From the human T2T-CHM13v2.0 reference genome, Homo sapiens: a stretch of 64,000 bases of DNA. A program made the translations under genes and the position numbers. The notes beneath the pieces were generated by a model, which had not been told where the DNA came from, did no database searches, and worked only from the letters and a program-made list of their open reading frames with translations. The stretch is from assembly GCF_009914755.1 (NCBI RefSeq), contig NC_060939.1; one strand, written 5' to 3'. Each line of letters starts with the position of its first letter. Position 1 is the first letter of the stretch. This document shows positions 25,419-37,280 of this stretch, piece by piece.

Positions 25419-27876
25419 CTAGCCAGTCAGGCAAAGCCAAGGATTAAGAGAGTTACTCTGAATTTCTCTGCTGCCCCCTCTGCCTCACCTCCCATGCATT
25501 GAACACAGAGTGTATATGTAAGTCCTCCCACCCCAACCATCAAGACAGGCACATCTGCCATTTTTCTCTGTCTTCTTCAGTTCCTTCCAGGTTCTCTCTG
25601 CCTTGCTTAGGAGCTGCCCCTGTTTGCAGAGCTCTTCATCAATGGACTGAATATTTACAGAATAGCGCAGTTTTGATTAAACAGTTCATTTCACTGGAGA
25701 CTGGGGTGGTGTATTGTGTCTCCTCCGGAGTTATTCTTGGCATCAGCAGCCCTTGCTCTTAGCATCCGTTTCTTTACATTTTAAGGTGGAGCATAAGAAG
25801 AACTGCAGTGAAACAGATCAGATGGGGGGCAGGTGGGATTTCTCTTTACCTTTCCCCGGCTATTTCTTGGTGGATTTATCCCGTTATCTTCGCTGCTATT
25901 TGCTCCTTGCTATCTTTTATTCTTCTCTTTTGAAACTGGCCGAGTCAGAAGGAAATAAACAAATGCAAGGGTGTGTAGAAAGAGCATTAGATGGTAGGTC
26001 CAGAAACTTGGACTCTACATCCAGCATCTAGTGATGTGATTGATTGATATCTGTTTTAGCTTTTCGGCACCTCAGGTTTTGGGCTGTTTTTTTTTTTTTT
26101 TTTTTTTTAATCTGTTAATTGAAGTGATTGGTCTAGATTTGTGGTCTTTGAATGTGTGTCAGCCATGGAAACCTTCCTACAAACAGAATCTCAAGCAGCA
26201 AATGTTAAAACCTAAAAGCAATTTTGTTTGGGTTGAAACAAGGTGGGCGGGCAGTCAGGAACCCACCCTTTTAACTTCTGTGTCCTCTGCCATCTCCTGT
26301 AGCAGCCCCCAAAGTAGTTCCACAAGATCCTTGGCCTTGGGATGCTAGAGCACAACGTCTAAACCATTCGATGTGCCTATTTAGAAACTCATTTCCTGCT
26401 CTTAAAGCGCTCAGCCCTCTCCCCTACACATAAAGCCTTGCCTCCATGAAAGCAGGGAGGACTAGCCTTCGAAACCCCAGCACACAGAGGTGAGTGTGAG
26501 CACAGCTCAACAGTATACAAGCCCGCTGGAAAGCTGCCCCAGACAGAATTTCCTCAGTTGCATCCTATGGACTATCAGTCCCAGAAACGCTTGGCCAAAA
26601 AAGGAAATACGGAGGGCGGGGGCAGCTTGCTTCAAAGTAATTGAGGTTGAGAGCCGCTGTATACCATCTGCCCCTTCTAGAGATTAAATTCACAGTAGCT
26701 TCTTCTCTCGGGCCAGCAGGAAGCCTGATTAATGCCGCTTAATACGACACTTCCCATATTTATTTGGCCACAAAACTCCTTTTTCCCCATAACTCCTATT
26801 AATATCACAGGAAACAGTTTGAGATCAGAAAAGCCTTCACAAAGGCAATTTTTAAAGACTGAGTTATAAGGCTCAAAATAAATGAGGAATTCTAGAAAAG
26901 GAAGGGAGGAGGGAGAAGGACACTGGTTTGGGGTCTGGAGGGCTTTAAGATGAGGGCGAAACAAGGACCACCCATGATTCCAAAGAATGTCCGGAACTTG
27001 CTTGCTGTCTGTTGGTGCCTTTCTTTCAGCTCATTCCTAGAGGGCGGACAGAGGCAGGAGTTGCTGTGTTGCTGGCCAGTGGCTCCTGACCATAGGAAGG
27101 GGACTGTGGGTGTGAGAAGTAAAGCAGAGCAGGCCCCTGCCTCTGTTCTCCCCTTCCGCCTGGTATTGGCTCACCGTGACAAATCTTTCCCTAGGAAGGG
27201 CAGAAAATGAATTATCCTGTTAAATCAATTCAGCAGATAACCCACCTCTGTGCAGGCCTTGTGCTGGGACCACACAGATGCATAAGACACGTACAGCTTA
27301 GAGCCTAGTCATGAAATGGGAAATAAACAGCCCCATCCTCACGGTCTGAACAGGGGATTGGGGAGCACAGAGAAGGGCCCCACCCCGACCAGCTGTCAAG
27401 AGAACTATCCATACATTCTAATTCCTCCAAGGTTGAGGGCTAAGGTGTAGGAAGAGGAGAGAGGTTCCAAGCAGAAGGAATTGCAGAAGCAAAGGCACAG
27501 AGGCATCCGGGACCTGCGAGCAGCTATGGCTGGAGCCGCGTGTCGCAGGATGGAGAGCGTGTGAACAGAGGGGACTGGAAGCGGATCCTCCCAGGAAGCA
27601 GTTGCAGGCGGTCATGCTACAGTGAGTTGCTGATAGTAGGAGGGGAAGAAAGAGGAAGGGGGAGTGGAAGATGACTCAGTGGGGGGTGAGCCAGTGCCTG
27701 GAAGAGAGGAATGTGTGAGCAGAATGAGGAAGTTAGCAAAAGCTGGTTGAAGGTAGGAGGTGGAAAGACAAGTTCAGCCCTCAACAAGTTAAGCAGGTTA
27801 TATAAGAAGTCCAGGCATGGATGACGATGATCATAATCATGATGGGGAGGATGACAAAGATGACTAGGAACGCTCT

Positions 27877-27880
<4 letters not shown>

Positions 27881-27906
<26 letters not shown>
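27881..27906 (+). repeat. (TC)13 microsatellite
   Basis: Uninterrupted tctctc run. Confidence 0.9.
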
Positions 27907-27911
<5 letters not shown>

Positions 27912-29608
27912 TTCCTGGTTGTGTGAGTTTGCAGGGAGACGGGAGGTTGTGAAGAACAATAACCAGAAGAGAGTTTGCGTCTTCATCAGAAAGCACCTGG
28001 GGCAGGTAGAGTTGGTGCTAGCTTCTCCATCCATCCCTGACACCCCAGCCCCATTCATCATTCAGCAGAAGACAGGCTGGGCTGGCCCAACTTGGTCCTG
28101 TACCCCCACCACCCCAGAACCCCACTGGTCCATAGTGAGGATCCGTTCTCTTTGACTCTCCTCCTTCTCTGTGACTCGCCTAAGCCTGATCCTACACCTT
28201 CTCTCCCAGCCACTGCCTCAGCTTCCTCCACCCCCAGCTTGGGACGAGCCACCTCCCTGGCTGGGTAGCATGGGACAAGCCATCTCCCTGCAGAGGCAGA
28301 GAACCAGTGACACTACACGCAAACCAAGGCCATGCTGCAAACAGAACACCAAGGCACCCTCGTCTTAGGATGCATTATATTCGGGGTAGATGTTGAATTC
28401 TAGTAACACATTCCCTGGGGTGTTTTCAAATCCAGACACACTGGAGCCTTGTTCCAGCCTCACTGTGGGCGAAGGCCCCGGGCTCACCTCCAGCCTCAGG
28501 CTGGCTCTGGCTGCTGCCCCTGTTCCATCCTGGCAAGCGGAACTGAACAGGCCCGACTCCACAGCCCCCGGTGCTGCCAGCTGCAAGCTCTGCTGACTCC
28601 AACCTCAGGCCCCTGCGTGCCTGCTTCTAAATCCACACGTTCCTGCTCCTTCCTGCCCCTGCTGCCCTCTCAGAATGCCACTTCTTTCTGCCAAGACCTC
28701 AGGCATTGCTATGGCCCAGCCCCATCTTTATTGATGTCGGGGCTCTGTCCCCTTGCAGAGCCCATCCCATTGCCACCCACATCTGGGACAGCAAAAGACT
28801 TCTCAGTTTCCTCCAGAGTTCAGTTTCTTCCAAAAAGCTCGGCACATCTTAGCTGCCAGTGTGAACTGTGAGCTCCCAGAGATGCCCGTGGCACTTTCCA
28901 ACATTCGTCACTTTTGACACATCTAAAATATCCTAGCTCCCAGAGCTGCGTGAGCACCAGCCCAGATGGACCGGCTGCTGGGGAAGCATCAGTCTCTCCA
29001 GGGCCTCTGTGAAGCCCTGGGGCAGTAGGGGGATGTCTGACAAAGCTTCCTAACTGAGGAGCCCCACTTCCTCTCGCTCTGGGCACCCCTGCCAAATAAG
29101 CGGGCACCTCTATGTTCCAGCAGCCCTCGCTGCCCAGCTTCTGAGCTGCAAGCCAGCTTCCTTCCACAGAATTCTCTGCACCTTGGCTTCCGGTGGCTCC
29201 AAGCACTTTGCCATCTGCCGAGTCAGTTCTGCCAGAGATGAAGCAGCTGATGTGGGGAGTTCTCTGTGGGGGCCACCTTTCCTCTCTCAGGTCACCTTTA
29301 CTCTCAGAAGGAAACTGACCCCCTGACCTATTAAATAGCTGAAATCAAGGGCCACTAGGGGCCCAAGTCGGTGAAGGTGCAACTGAAGGCAAGAAGGTCA
29401 GCATCTAGCTAGACAGACACGTAAGCCAAGAAGACAGACGAGGTGAGTGGACCCTTTGACTCCACAGTCAGACAGCAAGAGAGCTACTCCCAGAGTTCTC
29501 TGGGGCACGAAGGGGCTGCAGGGGTAGGTGAACAGCATCCAGAGAAATAGTTATCATGGAAAGTGCAAGCAGGAAACAAGCTGGGATTTTTTTTTTTATT
29601 TAAAATTA

Positions 29609-29935
<327 letters not shown>

Positions 29936-29939
29936 AAAT

Positions 29940-31400
29940 TCTTTTAAGGAAGTAAATACTAACATGGCTCAGAAATTAAAAGAATGTAAAATAGAATAGA
30001 TTTGCAAAATCTCACCCCCATCCCACGATGTCCATATCCATTCCCTCCTCCCCCTTTCCCACCATGGGTAACCACTTATATTCATCTCATCTGTATCGTT
30101 CCAACATAACCTTACGCAGCTGAAAGCCAACATGGAGTTATTTACTTATGCCCCCACCCTTCCACAAAAGTATCACACTTTAGATACTGTTCTGCACCTT
30201 ACTTTGGCAACTCAGCAGTACATTCTAGAAATCTTTTCAAATCAGTACAGAGTGTTTCTTTAGTCAAGCTGCAAAGTATTCCATTGAGGGATATGTCCCC
30301 GTTCAGTTATCTAGACACTAGATGGACACTTGGGATGTTTCCAGTATTTTACAATTACAGACAATCCTGCAATGAATGACCTTGCATTAATTTCATTTCG
30401 TAAGTGTGCAGATATAGCCACAGGGTAGAGTCCCATGCAGGAAATGCTGAGTAAAGAGAAAATGCATTTGTAACTTTCATAGCTGTTGCCAAATCCCTCT
30501 CCATTGGAGTTGCACCATTTTGCATTCCTGCCAGTGTCTCCATCAAGGTGTGTGGTCACACTTTTTAATGTTTACCAATCTGATGGTTGAGACTTGTGTC
30601 TCAGTATATATTTACTTTGTATTTTTCATCTTAGGAGTGAGGTTGAGGATCTTTTCATATGTCAAAGGGCCATTCATATTCCTTTTTCTGTGAAACGGCT
30701 CCTCATGTCCTTGGTTGGCCCATTTTTTGTTCTGTGGGTTGCTGTCCTTGGTCTCCTTGATTTCTAGGCATTCTATAGATATCGGGGATATTCGCCCTTT
30801 GTGTTATGAGTTGCAATTATTTTTTCTCACTTTATTGTTCATTTTTTGCCTCTGCTTATGGTCTTTTTTTAATTTAGTTGGTCATACAGAAGTTTTTTGT
30901 TTGCTTTAATGTAGTCTAATTTAACAATCTTTTACAGCTTCTGAATTTTGAATCACAGAGGGAGATTCTTATTCAAAAGGTTATCAAGGAATTAGCCCAT
31001 ATTTTTTTTCTGGTCATTTTATGATTCCTGTTATTTCATTTAAAAATTGGATCCATTTGGAGTTTTTCCTGATGTATGATGAGAGGTATGGACCAAACTT
31101 ATAACTTTTCATCTTTTTCCAGATCTCCCAATACTATTTTTTAAAGTCCATCTTTACCCCAGCACTTTGAGAAATTAGATTTCCACTGCCCAGAACAACC
31201 TGGCCAATTTGAGAAGTCACTTCTATCAAATACTGAATGCAAACATATGCATTTGAGTGTTCTGGGTTTCTATTCTGCTTCTTTATCCAAGCTCCTGTAT
31301 ACACAGCTTGAATTACTGAATCTTTACGGTACGTGTTAGTATGAAATAGGACAAATCTTCCCCCATAGTCCTTTTTAGTTCAGAGCTCCCCTGGCCATTT
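29940..31400 (-). mobile_element. Old L1M (L1ME3/L1MC-like) 3' region
   Basis: agtattccattg...gatggacacttgggatgtttccagt...gcaatgaatgaccttg...gttgcaccattttgcattcc...ccattcatattcctttttctgtgaa...atgagaggtatggacc. Confidence 0.8.
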
Positions 31401-32064
31401 ACTGGCAAGCTGAGCTCTGTCACTGGGGCTCTCCTTGCTCACTGTCATGTTTTATTCTCTTCTCTCCTACAAGGAGGCCAATATATGCCTGCAGGCATCC
31501 AACCAGGGAAAGAGGCAAGCACAGCCCACTCCCCAAACAAGGCAGAGGCAGGGGTGCAAGGCCTTCTGGGAGAGTCCCAGTAGGCCATGTCTATGTACCC
31601 CTTTGAGGCCGGTGTTCTGGGGAAAGGCCAAATAGGAGACCTATGTCTTCCTGGAGGTTTGGACTTTGCCCTGAAGATTCTCAGCACTGATCTTCTGGTC
31701 CATCCAATCTGTTTAAATGAGGGTGATCCCAGATAACCTCAACATAAAGAGTTATCCTGTCTGATATTCTGTCTCCTCATGATCTGTTACTGATCAGGTG
31801 CAGAAGAACCCTTCAAGGAGGAAGATGTTACAATAGCAATATCAATGCCTACTTCTACTACCACCAATGCCACCAGGGCCACCTTTATTCATTGAGAACC
31901 TGCTATATACCAGGCATTGTGGGAGGTACTTTACACGTTTATCTCATTCACTTACAACCCCATGAGGAAACCATCTGTAAACGTGCCCAGAATTGTGGCT
32001 CATTAGCGGCAGAGCCAAGCTTTGGATCCCAGCCTGGTTCCAAAACTCATACTCTTCACCACTG

Positions 32065-32202
32065 GGCAACTTCTTCTCAGAATGATCTGCCACCCTGGGA
32101 TGATGCAAATTCCCAGGCCTCCCAGACCTACTGAATCAGCTGCTCTGGGAATGGCACCCAGGAGTCTGCATCTCCAGCACATGAATACATGAGAACCACT
32201 GC
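32065..32202 (+). mobile_element. MER5B-like fragment
   Basis: atgcaaattcccaggcctcccagacctactgaatcag...tctgggaatggcacccaggagtctgcat...tgagaaccactg. Confidence 0.7.
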
Positions 32203-33589
32203 TCACAAATGTAAAAAGTTAGGTAATATATCAGGGAGGCTGTGAGGATGAGTGTTTCCTTAGCAGTGGTGTAAGGGCAGAACCCTGGCTGGAGTGTTTT
32301 GCAGTCAGACTGATTTCCTCATTAGCAGAGAGTGTTAACCGGTAGCCTAGTTTGGCTCCTCGAGGTGCCTGATTCAGACAGAGCATCCCACAGCTGGAGC
32401 ACCCTAGCTGGTGGAGGCAGGGACTCAGCCAAGTAGGCTCCAGAGCTGCCACCTAAGCCCAGTAGATTTCTCTTGCCCAGAACAACCTGGCCAAATGGAA
32501 GATGGGAGGCTGAAATCCTCACTCCAAGGAGGGGCCTCCTTTTCTTGGCACAAAGGCACCGCACCAAGCTACACAGCTAAGGCAGTGTGCTACCTAAAGC
32601 AGGTGCACAGAATTCACAGAGAGGTACCAAATAGGCTGGCAAAGACCTTGGTGGATAAGTACCCACAAATATCTGGAAGGAACTATGTTGGGTTGAGACA
32701 TGAGAAGGAAGAGATCTTAGGCAAGTTTGGAAAGGGAAACAACACATTGAATGCCAACCCCTGGACTAGACATTTCATCAACTTCGTTCATCCTCACTAC
32801 CACCCACACAAGACGGTCTTCCTATTTCCAACTTAGAAGAAGGAAGTTGAGGCTCCTACTGGTTAAGCAAGCTTCCCAAGGCCATACAGCTAATAAGTGT
32901 TAAACAATCAAACACAGAACTGACTGGCTCCAAAGCCAGTGCCCGCCCCACTGGCCACTCCACTACCCTGCCTCTGCCATTGCTCCCTATGGCAACCTGG
33001 AAACTGTGGGGTACCTGCCCGTGGTCTGAAGTGGGCAGGCAGCAGTCAGCTGGGCCTCCAGATATGGGTGGTGAAGGGAGGATACAGGTCCAAAAGAATA
33101 TCTTAGGGGAAATAGTGCACATGCCCAGAAAACTTTTATAGTCTCAGAACTTAGATGTGCGGAGAAATCGAATTCTGGTCCTGGTTTGCTTTTTTAGCCA
33201 GTTGTGGGCCTTGGCAGTCACTGAACCCCTCCTTATTTCTTCATGAGGAAATTAACATGCCTAGGATAGGAACCGCTGTGCTGCAGACCCCAGGGTCAGG
33301 CAAGTCTCAAAGAAGATGAGAGTCACCAAGGGCCTCAGGAAAGCTGAAGGGCACAGGGTGCATGCTGCAGCCATGACCTCAACCTCTGTGAGTCTAGAGG
33401 TGACCATATTGGCCACACATAAGCTCACCTTCCCCCTACATTTCATAATCCTTCCCTCCCATCAGGGCCAGCCTTTGATTAAAATTCCCAAGATTATCTG
33501 AGGAGCTGGCGGTACCACCCACCAATGGAGTTCATCTGGCTGCCTTTACACCAGCCACCTTATGGCTGGGTGGGCACTTTCCTATTCTT

Positions 33590-33793
33590 CGGCCAACACA
33601 ACACTTTCCAAACTGTGTGACAGTTGTTTATTTACTTGCCTCTACCATAAGACCATGAGCTTTTTGAAAGCATGGTCTGTCTTATTCACTGTTAGGTATC
33701 ACAGTGTATTCACAATCCCTGACACATAGTAGGTGCTTAATAAATGTGTGGTTGAATGAATAAATGAATTAATGAATGAATGAATGAATGAAT
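33590..33793 (+). mobile_element. L2 3' end with (TGAA)n tail
   Basis: agaccatgagctttttgaaagc...cctgacacatagtaggtgcttaataaatgtgtggttgaatgaataaatgaa... Confidence 0.85.
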
Positions 33794-33964
33794 GGGATCA
33801 GGGTGGGCCTTCAGTCTCTAAAAGCATACCCAAGAGCCAGCCCTCTCAGCCGCAGGTCCGCACATGGGGAAGCCCTAGGGAGGTTCAAGGACTAGATCAG
33901 GCCCATTTTCTCATCAGGCAGCCCCCAAACCTCTGCCCCAAAGAGCACATCCAACATGCTTTCA

Positions 33965-34169
<205 letters not shown>

Positions 34170-34495
34170 TTAATGCTTTCCTCATGCTGCAAGCGTTTAT
34201 CTTTGCCCAGATTCCAGCTCCAGGGAGGGGAACATTCCTGCAGAACAGCCAGGCGTTCCCAGGTCACCTCTGCTCTCACTCTCACTTTTCTTTTTGCATG
34301 ATTAAATCCGGCCTAAAAACACGTCTCAGGGGCACATATCTGTCACTCATAATAATCCTATAAGGTAGGTACTACTGTTAGTCTTATTATATAGTTGAGA
34401 CACAGAGAGGTTAAATAACTAGCCCAAGGTCACACAGTTAATAAGTAGCAGAGCTGGGATTTAAGCCAGGCAATCTGGCTCCAGAGCTCGGTGCC

Positions 34496-34650
34496 TTTTT
34501 TTTTCTTTGACAGGGTTTGGCTCTGTCACCTGAGCTGGAGTGCAGTGGCACAATCACTGCTCACTGCAGTCTCGACCTCGCTCAGGTGATCCTCCCACCT
34601 CAACCTCCCAAGTAGCTGGGACTACAGGCACGCACCACCATACCCAGCTA
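34496..34650 (-). mobile_element. FRAM/AluJ right monomer inserted into a MIR (MIR ~34330-34680, - strand)
   Basis: T-tail, gacagggtttggctctgtcacc...gggactacaggcacgcaccaccatacccagcta; the MIR sequence ctggctccagagc resumes as gagcccaagctcctaacc. Confidence 0.85.
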
Positions 34651-35497
34651 GAGCCCAAGCTCCTAACCGCTTCTGCTGTGCAGTAACAAGCCACGCTCAG
34701 GGCATGGGCCCAACTTGAGTTTCTTCCATCCACGGGTCCAGACTGGAAAGGAAGCAGCGATCTTCTCTTCTTTTCTCACTGAGTATAAGGCACCCAATTC
34801 ATCTTCTGGCAGCTGACCTGGAGGACGGAGTGGCCCTGATTTTCCTTTTACAGGTACAATCACTGCCAATACTAAAGCAGTGCCTGTCCCTACCTGCCAG
34901 GGCACCCAGGATCCTTGTCTCCAGCAGTAACTTCATGAGGTAGGTGGCTCTGGGCTGAGACAGGACTTGCATATTCCTAGATCCCTTGACTGTGATGTCG
35001 AAGGTCCTCTGCCCCCACCCCTCCTTCTATTCCTTGTAAGCTTCACTTGGCAATTGTGTAGTTTATGTCTGGTACAGGAATGAAGGATAAGGTCAAATGA
35101 AGCTCAAAGCCAGGAGCTAGATAGTCATGATATATCAAATAAAGTTTTGGAACAAGAACACAATGGGATTAATTTGCCAATCAAAACAGCGCTTGGCAAC
35201 TTGACTGTAAGCCAAGATCTCTCATGGCAAGAGCAGCTGAAGGGCCTGTGATTGTCCAGCTCCTGGGGAGCCTCCCTGGCCTAACCGTGGTCAGATGCCA
35301 GCATCACAGCCCCCTTAGCTGGGTAAGGATTCTCCTAGTGCTACCTCTGGGAGAGAAAGAAAAAAATCTAGTCTGAGAATGACACCAGCAGACAGCAGCT
35401 CTGCCAGGTGTTTGAAGGGTGAAGGTCATGGGACTCTGTTTTTACTACCCTGGTCACCCCAATTGTTTCGGGGTATTTTCCATAGACAAGAGGATGC

Positions 35498-35555
35498 CCC
35501 AGTCAGCTGTCTTCCGTGATTCAAGACCCAGTCTACTGTCTTCTGTGATTCAAGA
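35498..35555 (+). repeat. 29-bp tandem duplication (26/29 identical)
   Basis: cccagtcagctgtcttccgtgattcaaga / cccagtctactgtcttctgtgattcaaga. Confidence 0.9.
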
Positions 35556-36554
35556 CCTGTTTCCTCTTGTGCCGATCAGAGGCCTTATTTGGAGGCATCG
35601 GCCTTTATGTGGCATGGAATGTAAGCCCTCTGAGCTTTAACAGAGATAGGAAGAGTCCTAGAACATGGCAGGGAAGAGGGTCGGAACCTCTGTCCTCCAG
35701 CACAGTAGAAGGATGCTGGCTTGAATGTCAGGAGAGCCCAGAGTTTCTACCTGGATGCATGGTTTGGGGCATGTCAGGTGGCCTTTCTGGGTCCCAGTTT
35801 CTTCAACTGTGACATAAGGAAGGTAGACTAGATCATCACTACCAATAAAAGGTCCCTGGTCCTTGGGGAGCAGTGGTTGGAGTGGGAGAAGGGCATCGCC
35901 CAGCTATTTTCCAACACATCGTAAAAGATATCGCACAGGACAACTGAATGTTGACTTGGTTTGCTTACCTGTGGAATTCTATCCACTTGGTGTGGTAAAA
36001 CGGATTCTCGCCAGAGAACTGGAAGTGTAGATGGGTGGTGTTACCTATATCCTTGATTGATAAGAGAAGGAAAATGAATTTTTCCTCAATAAGTACAGGT
36101 TGTTTGAAATGCAGGCTGGGTGCAGCGACGCTGCATGGTCTCCAGGCGCCTTGTGTTTCTAACCCTCTTGCTGGACAACTTGGCCTCCACAGGGTAGTCC
36201 CCAGGGAACCCTTGGCCATCTCCGGCCTGAAGGAATCAGGGAAGACCTTCCGGACATGCCAAGTCTCCCTGAGACCCTGCTCCATGAGGGCTGGCTCCCT
36301 CCCCGACCTGGTCTTTTGGTTCAAAGTCAGTCCTGGAGTTATGTCTGCCAATTGACCCCAACCTCCAGAAAACTCAGAAACAGCCTGTCCTCTCAGGCCT
36401 GCAAACCAGGAGCAGCCAGGCCCAGCCCTGACTTATGCAAGTAACTACCACAGAAGGCCTGCTGTGCAGCCTATGCCTCTCAACCTGGATCAAGGGCAAT
36501 GTGGAGAAACCACATTATTGCTTGACTGTAGTGCAGTATTCCAACAATCATTTT

Positions 36555-37280
36555 AAATGTGCACTCGTGTAACCATGATCACCATCAAGATGTAGGATAT
36601 TTCCATCTCTCTTTAGAGATTCCCTTTTGCCCTTTGCTAGTTAATCCCCACCCCATTCCCTGGACCCAGGAAATCACTGATCTGCTCTCAATCACAATAG
36701 CTTTGCTTTTCCAGAACGTCCTGTAAATGGAATCACACAGTTTGTACCCTTTTAAATCTAGCTTCTTTCACTTAGCTTTATGCATTTTAGATGTATCCAT
36801 GTTCTGGCATGTGTCAGCAATTGTTCCTTTTTCCTGCTGAGTAGTATTCCATTGGATGGATATGCGACAATTTGTTTATCCATTTACCAGTTGATAGATA
36901 TTTGGGTTGTTTCAGATTTGGGGTTATTATGAATAAAGCTGCCATGAACATTTGAATATTTATGTGGACATATGTTTCCATTTCTCTTGAGTAAACGCTT
37001 GAAGTTTACTGGGTCCTATAGTAAGTGTACATTTGCCTTTAAAGAACTTGTCAAACGGTTTTCCAAAGAAAGTATTTTTTGTTCTCACCAGCAATCTATG
37101 AGGAGTTCTACCCGGTTTTGTCAGTCTTTTTAATTTTAGCCATTCTAAAGGGAGAGAAGTGATATTCCGTTGTGTTTTAAATTTGCATTTCTCCCACGAC
37201 TAATGATGTTAAGCACATTTTCTTGTACACATGTGCCCTTTGTGTATCTTCTTTTAAGGATATCTGTTCAGTTCTCTCAC
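36555..37280 (-). mobile_element. Old L1M (L1MB/L1ME-like) 3' region
   Basis: gtgtaaccatgatcaccatcaagat...aatcactgatctgct...taaatggaatcacacag...gtagtattccattggatggatatg...tatgaataaagctgccatgaacatt. Confidence 0.85.

Noticed and set aside
28481-28495. Strong - strand donor GAG|GTGAGC
   Set aside because: No convincing paired acceptor or promoter found; isolated donors are frequent by chance.
29349-29367. CTCF-like motif GGCCACTAGGGGCCC
   Set aside because: Mismatches in the 3' core; cannot be supported without ChIP data.
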